A DNA stretch of 64,000 bases from Candidatus Hydrogenedentota bacterium (GCA_963668025.2 CAXXTH010000009.1:32001-96000); one strand, 5' to 3'. Shown: positions 29,155 through 40,473, counted from the first letter of the stretch. Translations and numbers: made by a program. Notes: generated from the sequence alone by a model not told the origin.

Positions 29155-30198
29155 TTAATAGCTGAATTTACCCATTTTCACCTTGCCCCGGAAGATCCAA
29201 TACACCATCGAGGTGTAGGCAATCACCACGGGCATACCTATCGCGGCGATGACGGCCATGATCGCCAGCGTTTTAGGCGATGACGCGGCGTTGTAGATAT
29301 CGAGCGAGTAGGCCGGATCCGTACTCGACAGGAGCAAATTCGGATAGAGCGCAACGCCAAGCAGCAGGTTGAGCGCGATGATCACGGCGCACGATGACAA
29401 GAACGCGAAAAACGGCTTGCCTTTATTAATGGCCAGCGGAATGCATAGGATAGCTAAGATATTCACTACGGGCACGATGTACAGCAGTGGATTTTCCTGC
29501 ATATTCGCTTTCACGTGGGGGATCGCCATCAATGTGTAGAAAGTCGCGGCGGCATAAAAAGCTACAAAGACATAGTATGTCCGCCATATCCAGCCGCGCA
29601 TGCGCGCTTGCAGTTCACCGGAGGTCTTGAGGTGGAGATAGAGAGCGCCGTGCAGGGCGAACAGCGACACCACAAGCAGGCCGATCACGAGCGCGTAGGG
29701 ATTGAGCAGGCCAAAGAACGTGCCGTGGAATTCACGGTCCGCGCCAATGGGCAAGCCTAGAACGACATTGCCCACCGCCACGCCATACAGAAGCGCTGCG
29801 ACCGTGCTCGATGCGCAAAAGGCAATATCCCATATGCCCCGCCAGGCGTTGCTATCGATTTTACTGCGGAATTCCATCGAAACCGCGCGAAAAATCAGCG
29901 CATACAGCAGGAACATAAAAGCCAAATAGAAGGTCGAGAAGGTGGTGGCGTAGCATTCGGGAAACGCCGCGAACAGCGCGCCGCCGAACGTCACCAGCCA
30001 TACCTCGTTGCCGTCCCATATGGGGCCGATGGAGTTGAGAAACACCCGGCGCTCCTCGTCTTTCCGGGCGGCCAGATGGAGAATGCCCACGCCGAGGTCA
30101 AAACCGTCGAGAATGGCGTAGCCAATGAGTAGAACGCCCAAAAGAATGAACCACAGGATGTTCAAATCGACGTACTGCATGAGCGCGTTGATGATCAT
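29155..30198 (-). CDS. cydB: Cytochrome bd ubiquinol oxidase subunit II
   Basis: YAILDGFDLGVG, IGPIWDGNEVWL, FRAVSMEFRSK, YWIFRGKV. Confidence 0.97.
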   Translation of the reverse strand: MIINALMQYVDLNILWFILLGVLLIGYAILDGFDLGVGILHLAARKDEERRVFLNSIGPIWDGNEVWLVTFGGALFAAFPECYATTFSTFYLAFMFLLYALIFRAVSMEFRSKIDSNAWRGIWDIAFCASSTVAALLYGVAVGNVVLGLPIGADREFHGTFFGLLNPYALVIGLLVVSLFALHGALYLHLKTSGELQARMRGWIWRTYYVFVAFYAAATFYTLMAIPHVKANMQENPLLYIVPVVNILAILCIPLAINKGKPFFAFLSSCAVIIALNLLLGVALYPNLLLSSTDPAYSLDIYNAASSPKTLAIMAVIAAIGMPVVIAYTSMVYWIFRGKVKMGKFSY

Positions 30199-31613
30199 TG
30201 CACATCCCCCTTATGGTTATCCGCGCCGGACACAGCCGCGTGGAGCTCAGGGCCTTTTTTTATCTTGACGCCCATGATATATAGCCACAGGCAAAACAGC
30301 AGCGCGTAGATAAGCCCAAACAACAGGATCGAGAGCAGGATCTCGACACCTTTGACGGATGGCGAAACGGCGTCAGCGGTGCGCATGAGGTTATAAACCA
30401 CCCAAGGCTGGCGGCCCACTTCCGTCGTGACCCATCCTGAATGATTCGATATGTACGGCGCGATGACGCTGAACACCAGCACCCACAATAGCCAGGTCTT
30501 CTCCCAGAGCACGCCCTTCCACCAATAAAATAACGTGACGGCCAAAACCAGGAAGAAAAAGCCCCACAGGCCGATCATGAAGTGGTAGGTGTAAAAGGTG
30601 AGCGCCACGGGCGGCCAGTCGTTGCGGTCGGGATAGACCTCCTCGAGCGACTTAACGGGCGAGTCAAAGCTCCAGTTAAGGAGGAAGCTCAGCCCGCCTG
30701 GAACGGCAATGCCTAAATGGACTTTTTCATCCTTCTGGTTTGGAAATCCCCAAATATAGAAGGGGACGGCGCCTTCGGTCTTGTGGAAGTGGCCCTCCGT
30801 GGCGGCCAGCTTAGCGGGCTGTGTTTTCGCCGTGCTCATGGCTTGCGAATGGCCCGAGGCCAGCATGCCGCACGTCAAGATAATGCCTGTCCACATGGCC
30901 AGGTTGAACATTTTTTTGGCTGCGCTCAGATGGCGTTTTTTAATGATGTAGTAGGAAGACAAGCTCAACACGAAAAACGAGCCTAAGATGCCCGCTCCAA
31001 ACCAGACATGCACCACGCGGACAATGGCCGATGGACTCAACACCACAGCCCAGAAGTCGGTAATCTCGGCGCGCATGGCCGCGATGCCATTCACCACAAG
31101 CTGCGTGCCATCGGAGTTCAGCACCGGCATGAGATGGTAACCCACCGGATGCTGCTGCCAAGCGTTGGCGACAACGATCCAAACGGACGAAAGCAGCGCT
31201 CCCGAGGCCACCATGAGTGTCGAAAAAAAGTGCATCTTCGGGCCGACGCGATCCCAGCCGAACACCAGCAGCGCCAGGAAGCTCGATTCGAGAAAGAACG
31301 CGAAAATGCCTTCCGCCGCCAAGGCCGAGCCGAATATGTCGCCCACATAACGGGAGTAATTGGCCCAGTTCGTTCCGAACTGGAATTCCATGACGATCCC
31401 GCTGGCCACGCCCATGGCGAACACCAAGGCGAAAATGCCCGTCCAGAACCGGGCAATGGCCTCATACTCGCGGTCGCCTGTTTTAAGGTAAGCCCCCTCC
31501 ATGAGCACCATCAGCCAGCCGAGTCCAATGGACAACGGCGGGAACAGATAGTGGAACATGATGACGAGCGTGAATTGAAGGCGAGACAAGATTACCGGAT
31601 CTAGGTTTTCCAT
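30195..31613 (-). CDS. cydA: Cytochrome bd ubiquinol oxidase subunit I
   Basis: [37 protein letters not shown]. Confidence 0.97.
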   Translation of the reverse strand: MENLDPVILSRLQFTLVIMFHYLFPPLSIGLGWLMVLMEGAYLKTGDREYEAIARFWTGIFALVFAMGVASGIVMEFQFGTNWANYSRYVGDIFGSALAAEGIFAFFLESSFLALLVFGWDRVGPKMHFFSTLMVASGALLSSVWIVVANAWQQHPVGYHLMPVLNSDGTQLVVNGIAAMRAEITDFWAVVLSPSAIVRVVHVWFGAGILGSFFVLSLSSYYIIKKRHLSAAKKMFNLAMWTGIILTCGMLASGHSQAMSTAKTQPAKLAATEGHFHKTEGAVPFYIWGFPNQKDEKVHLGIAVPGGLSFLLNWSFDSPVKSLEEVYPDRNDWPPVALTFYTYHFMIGLWGFFFLVLAVTLFYWWKGVLWEKTWLLWVLVFSVIAPYISNHSGWVTTEVGRQPWVVYNLMRTADAVSPSVKGVEILLSILLFGLIYALLFCLWLYIMGVKIKKGPELHAAVSGADNHKGDVQ

Positions 31614-31711
31614 TTGTAACGCTCCCCTATGCTGCTCTTGAACTCAAGTATCTCGAATGGCGTTAAATAGTCAAGAAGATATCGTCTCCATTATAGCGCC
31701 TATCCTCCCCC

Positions 31712-31782
31712 GTAACGTGAGTGGGACGCCCATGAAAGGGGGCGCTATCTCCATCGATACATGGGCGAGACGCCCATGCTAC
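31712..31782. repeat. REP family B copy (31760-31782) with a degenerate inverted partner
   Basis: CATGGGCGAGACGCCCATGCTAC; upstream GTAACGTGAGTGGGACGCCCATG. Confidence 0.75.
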
Positions 31783-31916
31783 GGGAGAGTTAAAAATGAG
31801 CCCCAACATCCTCCCGCCGACTGCTACGTTATGTATATTAAAAGTGCGGGCACGACGCATCCACTATCGTTGCCCGCACCTGCTTTGCACGACGCATTCC
31901 CGTTTTTTTGGGGGGG

Positions 31917-32168
31917 TTATTGCGCTTCGCCATCTTCCATAAGACTGTCGAGCGTTTCGAGCAGCATCTCCACATCCACGCCATATCCGGCGCACACCTG
32001 GCCGATGGTCTCGTATTGGTTGATCGAGCAATGGGCGCATCCGCCGAGATGGAACGCGGCAAACACTTCGCGCACGCGCGGGTGTACGGCCATGGCCTCG
32101 CCAACCGTCATGTCTGGGCTGAAATGCTTGGCTTGTCCTTCAGTCTGCGTGTCTGACATGATCTTCAT
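31917..32168 (-). CDS. Small CxxC protein, DUF1858-like redox domain
   Basis: DMTVGEAMAVHP...FHLGGCAHC...ETIGQVCAGYGVD; AAGGAG RBS. Confidence 0.8.
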   Translation of the reverse strand: MKIMSDTQTEGQAKHFSPDMTVGEAMAVHPRVREVFAAFHLGGCAHCSINQYETIGQVCAGYGVDVEMLLETLDSLMEDGEAQ

Positions 32169-32192
32169 TCTCCTTTTGTGTCTGTAGGTGTA

Positions 32193-32420
32193 TCAGGCCT
32201 CGGCTTGGTTCCAATACGCTTCAAATTCCTCTTGCGAGGCGCTCGACAGCAATTCCGGCCGGTAGAGCCGTTTCACGATAGGCTTAGGAACGCGCTCGAA
32301 TTCACCCGTGGCGGGAATAACCGTGAGCTGCCGGACAATTTTCTGGTCATCCGAGCATTCATAGAACACCAGCGCATCTCCTTTGCCGGGAATGGGCTGG
32401 CTCGCCTTGAAATACAACAT
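32193..32420 (-). CDS. Small hypothetical protein
   Basis: 75-aa ORF with GGAG RBS, co-oriented between the M16 peptidase and DUF1858-like genes. Confidence 0.6.
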   Translation of the reverse strand: MLYFKASQPIPGKGDALVFYECSDDQKIVRQLTVIPATGEFERVPKPIVKRLYRPELLSSASQEEFEAYWNQAEA

Positions 32421-32531
32421 AGGCGCTACTCCGTAACGTTGCGTACAACAAACCCCGCCGTTCACATAGCCGTCCGGCGCGAGTCTACCACCTTTGCCTT
32501 CCAACAATAAACTTGCCCAGCCTATTCCAGG

Positions 32532-35312
32532 CTATTTCCCAGCCGCTTCCTGGACCACCGACACCGGCGCGATGGCCGCGAGAGAATCCTTGATTTGCGC
32601 GGCGTCGCCCGCCACGACAATGGCCAGCTCGCTGGGACGAATCACGTCTTTCGCGATGTGCATGGCGCTGTCCTTGGTGGTTTCCCGGTAGCCTTTCAGT
32701 GCCTGATTCAGATAGTTTTTACCCAAGCCTTGGTGCTCGATGATCCACTGGTACGACATGGCGTCCTGAGGCGTCTCGAGGCGTCCCGCGAAGCTGCCAA
32801 CCAAGTAGGACTTGGCGGCATTCAATTCCTCTTCCGTGGGCGGATTGGCCTGCATATCCTTGATTACATCCAGCAGCGCCTGCACGGTCTCCGCCGTAGT
32901 CTCTGTTTTGGTGAAGGTGCCGCACATGAATTCACCCGCACCTTGCTGGGAGTCAAAGTAGCCCCATACGCCATATGTCAGGCCGCGCTTGATGCGGAGT
33001 TCTTTGTTCAAGCGGCTGTTAAAGCCGCTTCCGAGTACTTGCGCCAGTACGCGCGCGGCTTGGAATTCAGGATTTTGGCGGGTAAGGCCGCTCAACTGTC
33101 CCACGCGGATCTGGCTCTGCACCGCGCCGGGGCGGTCCACGATGTAAATATGCATGGGCTGTGCGGCGGGCAGCGCGGGCATGGCTGCTGGCTGGGCCGC
33201 GCCACTGGCGGTCCAATCGCCGAAATACTGCTCCGCCAGCCACTTGGCGTCACGGGGCTTGACATCGCCCGCGATATAGAGCACTGCCGCCTCGGGGCGT
33301 ACATGGGCGCTCCACCAGGCTTTCAGCATGGCCGGTTCGAGGCGCGCCACATCGGCCAGTTCGCCCACGGCGCTGCGCGCATACGGATGCCCGCCAAACA
33401 ATACGCGGCGCAGCTCCCGTTCAGCCAGATAGCTGGGGTCTTTCTCTTGCACGCTCAAACTCAGTTGGCGCTGTTCTTTGAGAATGGCCAGTTCGTCTTG
33501 CGGGAAGGTAGGATGCCGCGCCACATCGGCCATCAATTCGAGCGCCAGGGGCAGCTTGTCCGTAAGCGCCGTGGCCGTGATGCTGCCCGTGTCCATTTCA
33601 TCGCCGCCCGCCGAGCCCGCGCCACCCCCGAGTGTCAGGGCATTGCGCTCGATCAGCTCGGCCAATTGCGCCGCCGTAAAGCGCTCCGTGCCTTTGGTGA
33701 GCATCGAGAGGGCCATTGACGCCGCGCCTGGCGTCTCGGCGGTTTCGGTCCAGGGGCCTTCCCGCAGCGCCAGCATGGCCGTTACGAACGGCACTTCGTC
33801 GTTGGGAAGCACCACGACCTTGAGGCCATTAGCCAAGACGTACTGCTTCACGCGCGTCCGGGGCAGTTTTTCGATAAGCGGCTGCGCGGGCGGTGTTTCC
33901 GGATAACCGGCGGGACGAGATGCGGCGGCCTTTCCCGGGGTATGCGGCGCGGGCGGCTCATCGAGTTTTTCCGGTTCTGGTTCATACGTATATCCTGGCG
34001 TGGGCTCGACCTTGATCTCCGTAAGGCGGGTGGCTGCAAGATAGGTTTGAGCAACACGCTGCACATCCTGCGCCGTCACCCGGTTGATGTCATCGAGCTG
34101 TTGATTCAGGCATTCGGGACTGCCGTGTAGAATCACCGCATCGCCGATGGCCTGTGCCTTGCTCTCGACAGTAAGGGTATCCGTCACCACGCTTCGTCGA
34201 AGCTGGTTCTTCGCCTTGTCCAACTCTTCGGGGCTGACAAGATTCTTGCGGATGCCCTCGATTTGCGCGTACATGGCCCGGCGCGCGCCCTCCACATTCC
34301 CATTCGGCAGCAGCTCGATGCCCAGCATAAGCAGGCCGTCTTGCTCGAGGCCCCACAGTTCCGCGGAGGCGTCCTGGCAAATGCGCTTGTCTTTGACTAA
34401 GTCACGGTATAACCGGCTGCTCTCACCTCCGCCAAGAATGTGCGACAACACTTCGATGGGCACATAGTCGGGATTATTCTCAGGCACGGCGCGGTAGAGG
34501 CAGCGCAAGAGCGGCGCGGGGCCGATGCCTTCCGTCAAAGTGGCTTCGCGCGGAGCGGTCTGGGCTGGCTCCAGCTCGGGCTGTTTGGGCGGTTCTGGCA
34601 AGCGGGGCATCCAACCGAAGAAGCGCTGGGCGGCTTTCAAGGCATCTTTATGATGCACCGCGCCTACAATGACCAGCGTGGCGTTATCGGGCACGTAATA
34701 GGTATCCCAAAAAGCCTTCAGTTCCTCCACCGTGGATTGGTTCAGGTCGTGGATTTTACCAATCGGGAGCCACCGGTAGGGGTGTTTCTGAAAGACCAGC
34801 GGCATGGCCCGCTCGAAGATGGTTCCATACGGCTCGTTCAAGCGCTGCCGCCGTTCCTCGCTGACTACCTGGCGCTCCGTGTCGAAGCCTTCCTGGTCGA
34901 TCTTGAGAAACATCATCCGCTCGGCTTCGAGCCACAGGGCGAGATCCAACTGGTTAGCGGGCAAGGTATTCACATACGCGGTCATATCGAATGATGTAAA
35001 GCCATTGGCGTCGCCGCCCGAGCCTCGAATCCAAGCGAAATGGGCCTCCGGCCCGAGCTTGTCCGTGCCGCGAAACATCATATGCTCGAACATGTGGGCG
35101 AAACCTTGGCGGTCGGCCCGCTCGTTTTTCGAGCCCACATGGTACCACACTTGCACGGCCACGATGGGACACGAGAAATCTTCCAATGTAATGACTTTTA
35201 AGCCGTTATCGAGCGTGGATTCCTGGTAGTCAAACGTTTGGGCGGCCATGGCCGCAAGGGGCAAAAGCAGAGACGCGGCGAACAGCGCCGTAAAGGGCAT
35301 TCGAAAACGCAT
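32532..35312 (-). CDS. M16 family zinc peptidase (pitrilysin-like, two lobes, exported)
   Basis: Signal peptide, GFAHMFEHMMF (HxxEH), second lobe with SRLNKELRIKRGLTYG. Confidence 0.95.
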   Translation of the reverse strand: MRFRMPFTALFAASLLLPLAAMAAQTFDYQESTLDNGLKVITLEDFSCPIVAVQVWYHVGSKNERADRQGFAHMFEHMMFRGTDKLGPEAHFAWIRGSGGDANGFTSFDMTAYVNTLPANQLDLALWLEAERMMFLKIDQEGFDTERQVVSEERRQRLNEPYGTIFERAMPLVFQKHPYRWLPIGKIHDLNQSTVEELKAFWDTYYVPDNATLVIVGAVHHKDALKAAQRFFGWMPRLPEPPKQPELEPAQTAPREATLTEGIGPAPLLRCLYRAVPENNPDYVPIEVLSHILGGGESSRLYRDLVKDKRICQDASAELWGLEQDGLLMLGIELLPNGNVEGARRAMYAQIEGIRKNLVSPEELDKAKNQLRRSVVTDTLTVESKAQAIGDAVILHGSPECLNQQLDDINRVTAQDVQRVAQTYLAATRLTEIKVEPTPGYTYEPEPEKLDEPPAPHTPGKAAASRPAGYPETPPAQPLIEKLPRTRVKQYVLANGLKVVVLPNDEVPFVTAMLALREGPWTETAETPGAASMALSMLTKGTERFTAAQLAELIERNALTLGGGAGSAGGDEMDTGSITATALTDKLPLALELMADVARHPTFPQDELAILKEQRQLSLSVQEKDPSYLAERELRRVLFGGHPYARSAVGELADVARLEPAMLKAWWSAHVRPEAAVLYIAGDVKPRDAKWLAEQYFGDWTASGAAQPAAMPALPAAQPMHIYIVDRPGAVQSQIRVGQLSGLTRQNPEFQAARVLAQVLGSGFNSRLNKELRIKRGLTYGVWGYFDSQQGAGEFMCGTFTKTETTAETVQALLDVIKDMQANPPTEEELNAAKSYLVGSFAGRLETPQDAMSYQWIIEHQGLGKNYLNQALKGYRETTKDSAMHIAKDVIRPSELAIVVAGDAAQIKDSLAAIAPVSVVQEAAGK

Positions 35313-35611
35313 GGGATCGTTCCTCCATTATTTCTGGGGATTATGCATGGGGTATGGAGGCCATTGCAAAGGGAGTCCGATGGTTGTATGTGGAACTGAA
35401 GCCATCGGAAATAGATTCAAAAGCTCGCCATCGCAGCTTTTTATATTGCTTCCACAACCTTTTTTGATACCACGCCAATCCAGTAAGCAGCACCGTGGGA
35501 ATAATGTGGACATTTTAAACATTTCTGTTGAAGAACGTAGAAATTTTGATATGTGCAGGAACCGAAGTATCCACGGGAAACAGGACGGCAGTTCGAGTGG
35601 AGGAGTAAAAG

Positions 35612-35860
35612 ATGTTCAACGGAAATGCGGCGGCCGATATCGAGCTAGAGAAGAAACCCCTTGTAGGCCGTGTGAAATGGTTCAACAACCAGAAAGGATA
35701 CGGCTTTATCGTACATGAGACCGATCCGGATATTTTTGTCCATCACTCGGCCATCCAGATGGAAGGATACCGCACACTCAAACAAGACGAGGCGGTGCAA
35801 TTCGAACTGGTGACGACTTCAAAAGGGTTGCAAGCCGTCAATGTGACGCGCGTGCAGTAA
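35612..35860 (+). CDS. Cold-shock domain protein
   Basis: GRVKWFNNQKGYGFI, DIFVHHSAI; GGAGGAG RBS. Confidence 0.95.
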   Translation: MFNGNAAADIELEKKPLVGRVKWFNNQKGYGFIVHETDPDIFVHHSAIQMEGYRTLKQDEAVQFELVTTSKGLQAVNVTRVQ

Positions 35861-35873
35861 CCACCCCATACAG

Positions 35874-38168
35874 CTATTCGAAAGGCGCCAGTAAATCCGA
35901 ACTGGGCGGAGTAGCGGGCGCGGCGGGCGCTGGCGGAGCAACAAGAGGGCTCGAAACGGTGCTTGTGGGCGGCTCTGTGGCAGGCGCAGTGGGCTCGGAA
36001 GAGCTAAGTTGTTGCAGCATATTCACATCCAGTAGATTTTCCATGGATTCTTCGTCTTGCAGGACGGGCGGTTCGGCGGGGGGTTCGGTGCCTTCTATGA
36101 AGGCTTCGCGGAAGTTGCCGCCCGCGAGGCCCGAGTGTTTATCCACGTTATAAAAAACCACGCCCGGAGGCACTTCAAAATCCCGAACCGGCAAGCCTTC
36201 TTCCGCTTTTAACATGAAGGTAGTCCAAACCGGACACGCCAAGCGCCCCCCCGTATAGTTGGTTCCTTTTCCAAGGGAACGGGCATCTCGGTATCCGATC
36301 CAGACCACGGTGGTGTATTCCTGCGTAAATCCGCAAAACCATGCATCTTTACTGTCGTTGGTGGTGCCTGTTTTGCCCGCGCGGGGACGATCGCCCAGTG
36401 GAGCCGTTCGCGCGCCGGTGCCCCATTTCGCCACGCCTTGCATCATGTACGACACTACATACGCCACGTTGGGCGGAATGGCGGCGGGTTCTTTATGGAC
36501 TTCAAATTGTTTCCACAGTAAACCATCCCGGTCACGGATTTCGGTGACAAACATGGGCGGGGTGTATGCGCCGTTCTTGGCGAAAGTCGAGTAGGCCGTG
36601 CATTGCTCGAGGATAGTGATATTGGGCGTGCCTAATGCGATGGTCAAGCCCACATAATCCGGTATTTCCGACTCGCGGATGCCTGCGTCGTACATGAACG
36701 AACGCACGAACGGCATGCGCAGTTTCTCCACCAAGCGGATCGAAACGACGTTGCGGGATTGCTCCAGGGCGGAGCGCAATGTTACCGGACCCTTGAATTC
36801 GCCATCGAAGTTTTTAGGAGCCCATACATTGCCTGCGGCGTCTTTGCGCACGAAGGGCGTATCGAGTTCCGTGGTGGAAGGCGTCATACCGTCGGCGATG
36901 GCCGCCGCCCATACATAAGGCTTGACGCTCGAACCGGGCTGGCGGCGGGCTTGGGTGGCGGTATTGTATTTCTGCTTTTCCCAATCGCGCCCGCCCACCA
37001 AGGCCCGTACAAATCCTTCGCGGCCAGGGCGGTTATCGAGGCATACCAGGGCGCCGGAAACCGGAGTGAACTCACTCTCCTGGCCGGCCTTCTTCAACGC
37101 ATCCAGCTTCTTTTTATCGAATTCCTCCAATGCATCATTGAGCACCTTTTCCGCCCAAAGCTGCAAATCGAGGTCCAGCGTGGTGTAGATCTCGAGGCCG
37201 CCCTCGAGCAGGCTTTGCTTGGACACCGAACCACCTTGAGGCCCCATGTTCATGATGCGTTTGCGCACCTCATCCACGAAATACGGCGCAAGGAAGGTAT
37301 TTGGCCCCCAGAATCCACGGCCGGCCGCCATCATGGACAGGCGTTCTTCAGAAGAAATGATACAGTCACCCACTTTTTCCTGAATGGCTGTATTGTATTC
37401 TTCCTGCGTGATAAAGTGATTTTCGAGCATCCGTTCGAGGACATAATCCCGCCGCTTCTGAGCGATTTCAGGATGCTTGTCCGGGCGGTAATACAACGGA
37501 GCGGGCGTCACTTGGGCCAATAGCGCCGCTTCACTGATCGTTAAATCCCAGCAATGCTTGCCAAAATACTGGCGCGACGCCGCTTCGACGCCCGAGGCGC
37601 TTCCCCCCAAAAAGATTTGATTTAGGTATAGTTCGAGTATTTCATCCTTCGTATATTCCCGTTCGAGCTGAAGGGCGATAAGCATCTCTTTGAGCTTGCG
37701 CTCGATGGTCTGCTCACGGCCCACAAGCTGGCCTTCCAGGTTGCGCACGATCTGCTGGGTGATCGTACTGCCTCCCCGCGTACGGCCAGTCCGCAACATA
37801 AAATACATGGCGGAAGCGATAGCAGTAGGCCGTACGCCGCGGTGTTCGTAAAACACATGGTCTTCGGATGCGACAAAAGCCTTCTGCACAAACAGGGGAA
37901 TTTCGTTCAGGCTTACGAGCTGGCGGTAGTCCACCGCATATTCACCCAGGAGTTCGCCGTCTTTATCGAAGAATTTGCTGCCAACCTTGGGCCGGAAATC
38001 ATCGAGCACGCTTAATTGCGTCTTCGCGCCCTCGAGGAGCTGCACGAAATAGCCCAGGCAGGCTCCCCATGTGGCCGCGCACACGACCGCGAAAGCAAAA
38101 AAGACTCCCGCACATCCCCGTGGGGCGCGTTTATACAGCGGCTTCGACTTTTTCTCGGATTCAGGCAT
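35874..38168 (-). CDS. Class A penicillin-binding protein (PBP1A family)
   Basis: Transglycosylase SEDHVFYEH, GGSTITQQ, RKLKE; transpeptidase PGSSVK, SRN, KTG. Confidence 0.95.
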   Translation of the reverse strand: MPESEKKSKPLYKRAPRGCAGVFFAFAVVCAATWGACLGYFVQLLEGAKTQLSVLDDFRPKVGSKFFDKDGELLGEYAVDYRQLVSLNEIPLFVQKAFVASEDHVFYEHRGVRPTAIASAMYFMLRTGRTRGGSTITQQIVRNLEGQLVGREQTIERKLKEMLIALQLEREYTKDEILELYLNQIFLGGSASGVEAASRQYFGKHCWDLTISEAALLAQVTPAPLYYRPDKHPEIAQKRRDYVLERMLENHFITQEEYNTAIQEKVGDCIISSEERLSMMAAGRGFWGPNTFLAPYFVDEVRKRIMNMGPQGGSVSKQSLLEGGLEIYTTLDLDLQLWAEKVLNDALEEFDKKKLDALKKAGQESEFTPVSGALVCLDNRPGREGFVRALVGGRDWEKQKYNTATQARRQPGSSVKPYVWAAAIADGMTPSTTELDTPFVRKDAAGNVWAPKNFDGEFKGPVTLRSALEQSRNVVSIRLVEKLRMPFVRSFMYDAGIRESEIPDYVGLTIALGTPNITILEQCTAYSTFAKNGAYTPPMFVTEIRDRDGLLWKQFEVHKEPAAIPPNVAYVVSYMMQGVAKWGTGARTAPLGDRPRAGKTGTTNDSKDAWFCGFTQEYTTVVWIGYRDARSLGKGTNYTGGRLACPVWTTFMLKAEEGLPVRDFEVPPGVVFYNVDKHSGLAGGNFREAFIEGTEPPAEPPVLQDEESMENLLDVNMLQQLSSSEPTAPATEPPTSTVSSPLVAPPAPAAPATPPSSDLLAPFE

Positions 38169-38218
38169 GGACGGTATCCTAACATGGAGCGGAACAGCGG
38201 CTCAAAAGATGAATCCTT

Positions 38219-38611
38219 TTATGGCGGGCCGGGTTCCCCGGCGCGTTGTCCACGATATGCGTGCCGCATAAACAAATAACATCCCAGCAAAGCGCCAAGC
38301 CCATCGACGACGATGTCTTTATACTCGAATGAGCGATACGGCAGATAGAGCTGCATGAACTCGAGCGCTACGCCATAAATAAAAGCGGATACGGCCGATA
38401 TCCCAAAAAGCACATGAGGATTGATTTGGGCATTCGAGCGATATAATGAAAATGCCAATACCGCCGCCATGCCTCCGAAAGCCAGCAGATGTCCCGGAAT
38501 ATCCGCTCCCGGCTGCTCAATTTCTTTGCCCAAGGGATCCGGCGCACTCATGAGATACAGCAATAGCGCGGCGTAGGCGAATGTCAGCAGCATATAACGC
38601 GGTTTCATCAT
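38219..38611 (-). CDS. VanZ family membrane protein
   Basis: GHLLAFG, YGVALEFMQLYLPYRSFEYKDIVVDGLG. Confidence 0.8.
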   Translation of the reverse strand: MMKPRYMLLTFAYAALLLYLMSAPDPLGKEIEQPGADIPGHLLAFGGMAAVLAFSLYRSNAQINPHVLFGISAVSAFIYGVALEFMQLYLPYRSFEYKDIVVDGLGALLGCYLFMRHAYRGQRAGEPGPP

Positions 38612-38758
38612 CCCGTTCCATTATTGTACATGTTTTGCCTCCACAACCAATTAGCGATTGAGGTGGAATAACCACCGCCTTCGCCCATGCCTGAAGTTTG
38701 GCTGTTTTGTAGGTAGGAATCAAGAGAGTTTTTCGGTAATTGGTTGTTGTCCTACCGG

Positions 38759-40214
38759 TCAGTTACAGGCGTAAAGCACGGCGTCGGCGACGTTGGGTTT
38801 GAATTTCTGGGCGTTCGCGGCCTTTGTATGCCGGGTCACGAAGTCGGAGAAATGGTCGATGCCCAGGGCTGGGGCCCACAGTTCGGCGCGGATGCTTTGT
38901 ACAAGGTGTTGAAAAGACGGCCGGTTAGGATTTCCTTTCTTCTGCCACACGGGCTTGGGTAAAGCATCATGGTTGGGGTGGATGCGGGTAACGTGTTGCG
39001 CGGCGAGCAAGGCCATGGCGTAGCACGCCACGAGAAAGGCGGGCACATGCGCCGAGGCCGAGGGGTGGCGGATTTGTGCTTGGCCCACCCCGAGGATGGT
39101 CTTCTCGTCGCGATGGTTGACCTCAATCTCCCAGCGCCAGACATAGGCCTGGACGAATTCTTGGCAGGAGACGGATAGATCGGTGCAGAGTAGGTAGGCA
39201 GGTTTTCGGTATAGAATCTTGCTGTTCTTGCGTAAGCGGTATCCCAGGGGCTCGATGACGACCAGTCGTAGATTGTGATGTGGTCCAGCCATGCGGGAAC
39301 GCAGGGGCGCCAGGGTCTTGACGCGCGTGGTGTGAAACCTTCCCGCCGCCCACACGCGGATGGACTGCCAGGGGATGGTGTCGTCTTGGCGGACCTGTTC
39401 GGGCGTGGGCACTGGATCGCCATAGACCCGTTTGCGTCCTTTGGGGACCGAGTTGGCGGATTCGGGCAAATAATAGAGGCAGGCATCTTGCCGGAGGCGT
39501 CCGGTGTAGACCGTTCGGCGCGGCAACTGCTTAAGGACGGTCTCATTGGTGTATCCGCCGTCGCCTTGGAACCACAAGAGCCGCTGCGTTCCTTCGGGAA
39601 AGGAATCCAACACCTTGCGCAGGTGGTGAATGCGTTGGACGGCGACTTGACAGAGGTTGGCTTTCTTTCTGTTTCATAGGCATGCCACTGTTCAGGCGGG
39701 GCGTCCTTCTTGGGTTTGCGCGGCGTGGGGGCGTGATGGAAATCGATGGGAATGGTGCGTGCGGCCCCCGGCTCCGGTCCTACCGGCAGAGCGGCCGCCA
39801 CCTGCAGGAACCGTTGGGCCCAAACCAGATTGGTGTGAAACTTGGGTCCCAAGGGATCGCGCCGAAAGGCCGCGCCGTGAACCTTTCTGCCGCTTTTGCC
39901 CAACAGCGTATCGTCGATGGCCACTACAAAGGGCGCTCCCGCCGGCGCTTGCTGGTGAACCTGTTGGACGATGGGGGCGAAGAGAGCGTCGGGGTCGAAC
40001 CGGTCTTTCGAGAACAATCGATACGCGGCCGAACAATCCTGGAACTGCTGGCCCGCCGTCACGAGTAGATTGGTGACCGTTTTGCGCCCCATTCCAACCA
40101 AGGCCGCCATGGCAAGATGCTGGGCCCTCATGAACCTGCGCTGTTGTTTGAAGGCCCCGCGGCATCCTTGCCAGAGCTGCTCGAAGACTTCCCCGACCCA
40201 TGGCGTTTTTTTTT
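38759..40214 (-). pseudogene. DDE transposase split by a frameshift at about 39659-39670
   Basis: Frame 1 has FVVAIDDTLLGKSG; frame 2 has FQGDGGY and YVWRWEIEVNHRDEK; the frames switch at GAAAGAAAGCC. Confidence 0.8.
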
Positions 40215-40394
40215 AAGCGCCGACGCTGGGGGCTCGATGCGGTTGAGCACCAGCTGCGATTTGTCCTCGACAATCCATTCGACGACTTCGCCGCGCTGGA
40301 ATTCCATGGCCTGCGCGACGGCGCTGGGGAAATTGATGTACCACTGTTCGCTCTGCTTGCGCTTGATCAGTTGGACTTTCGTTGGGAATCCCAT
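40128..40394 (-). CDS. IS orfA, AbrB/MazE/SpoVT-like DNA-binding protein
   Basis: QWYINFPSAVAQAMEFQRGEVVEWIVED pattern; GAGGAG RBS; A9 tract near the 3' end. Confidence 0.75.
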   Translation of the reverse strand: MGFPTKVQLIKRKQSEQWYINFPSAVAQAMEFQRGEVVEWIVEDKSQLVLNRIEPPASALKKKRHGSGKSSSSSGKDAAGPSNNSAGS

Positions 40395-40418
40395 GGCCGC
40401 TCTCCTCGGTTGCAAGGG

Positions 40419-40473
40419 GCAATCTAGTTATATAACTAGATTGCATTCTACGCAAAATCCTCCCGCATCGCAA
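40419..40473 (-). promoter_or_regulatory. IS promoter with adjacent perfect palindrome
   Basis: TTGCGA-N17-TAGAAT (40473-40445) immediately followed by GCAATCTAGTTATATAACTAGATTGC (40419-40444). Confidence 0.75.
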
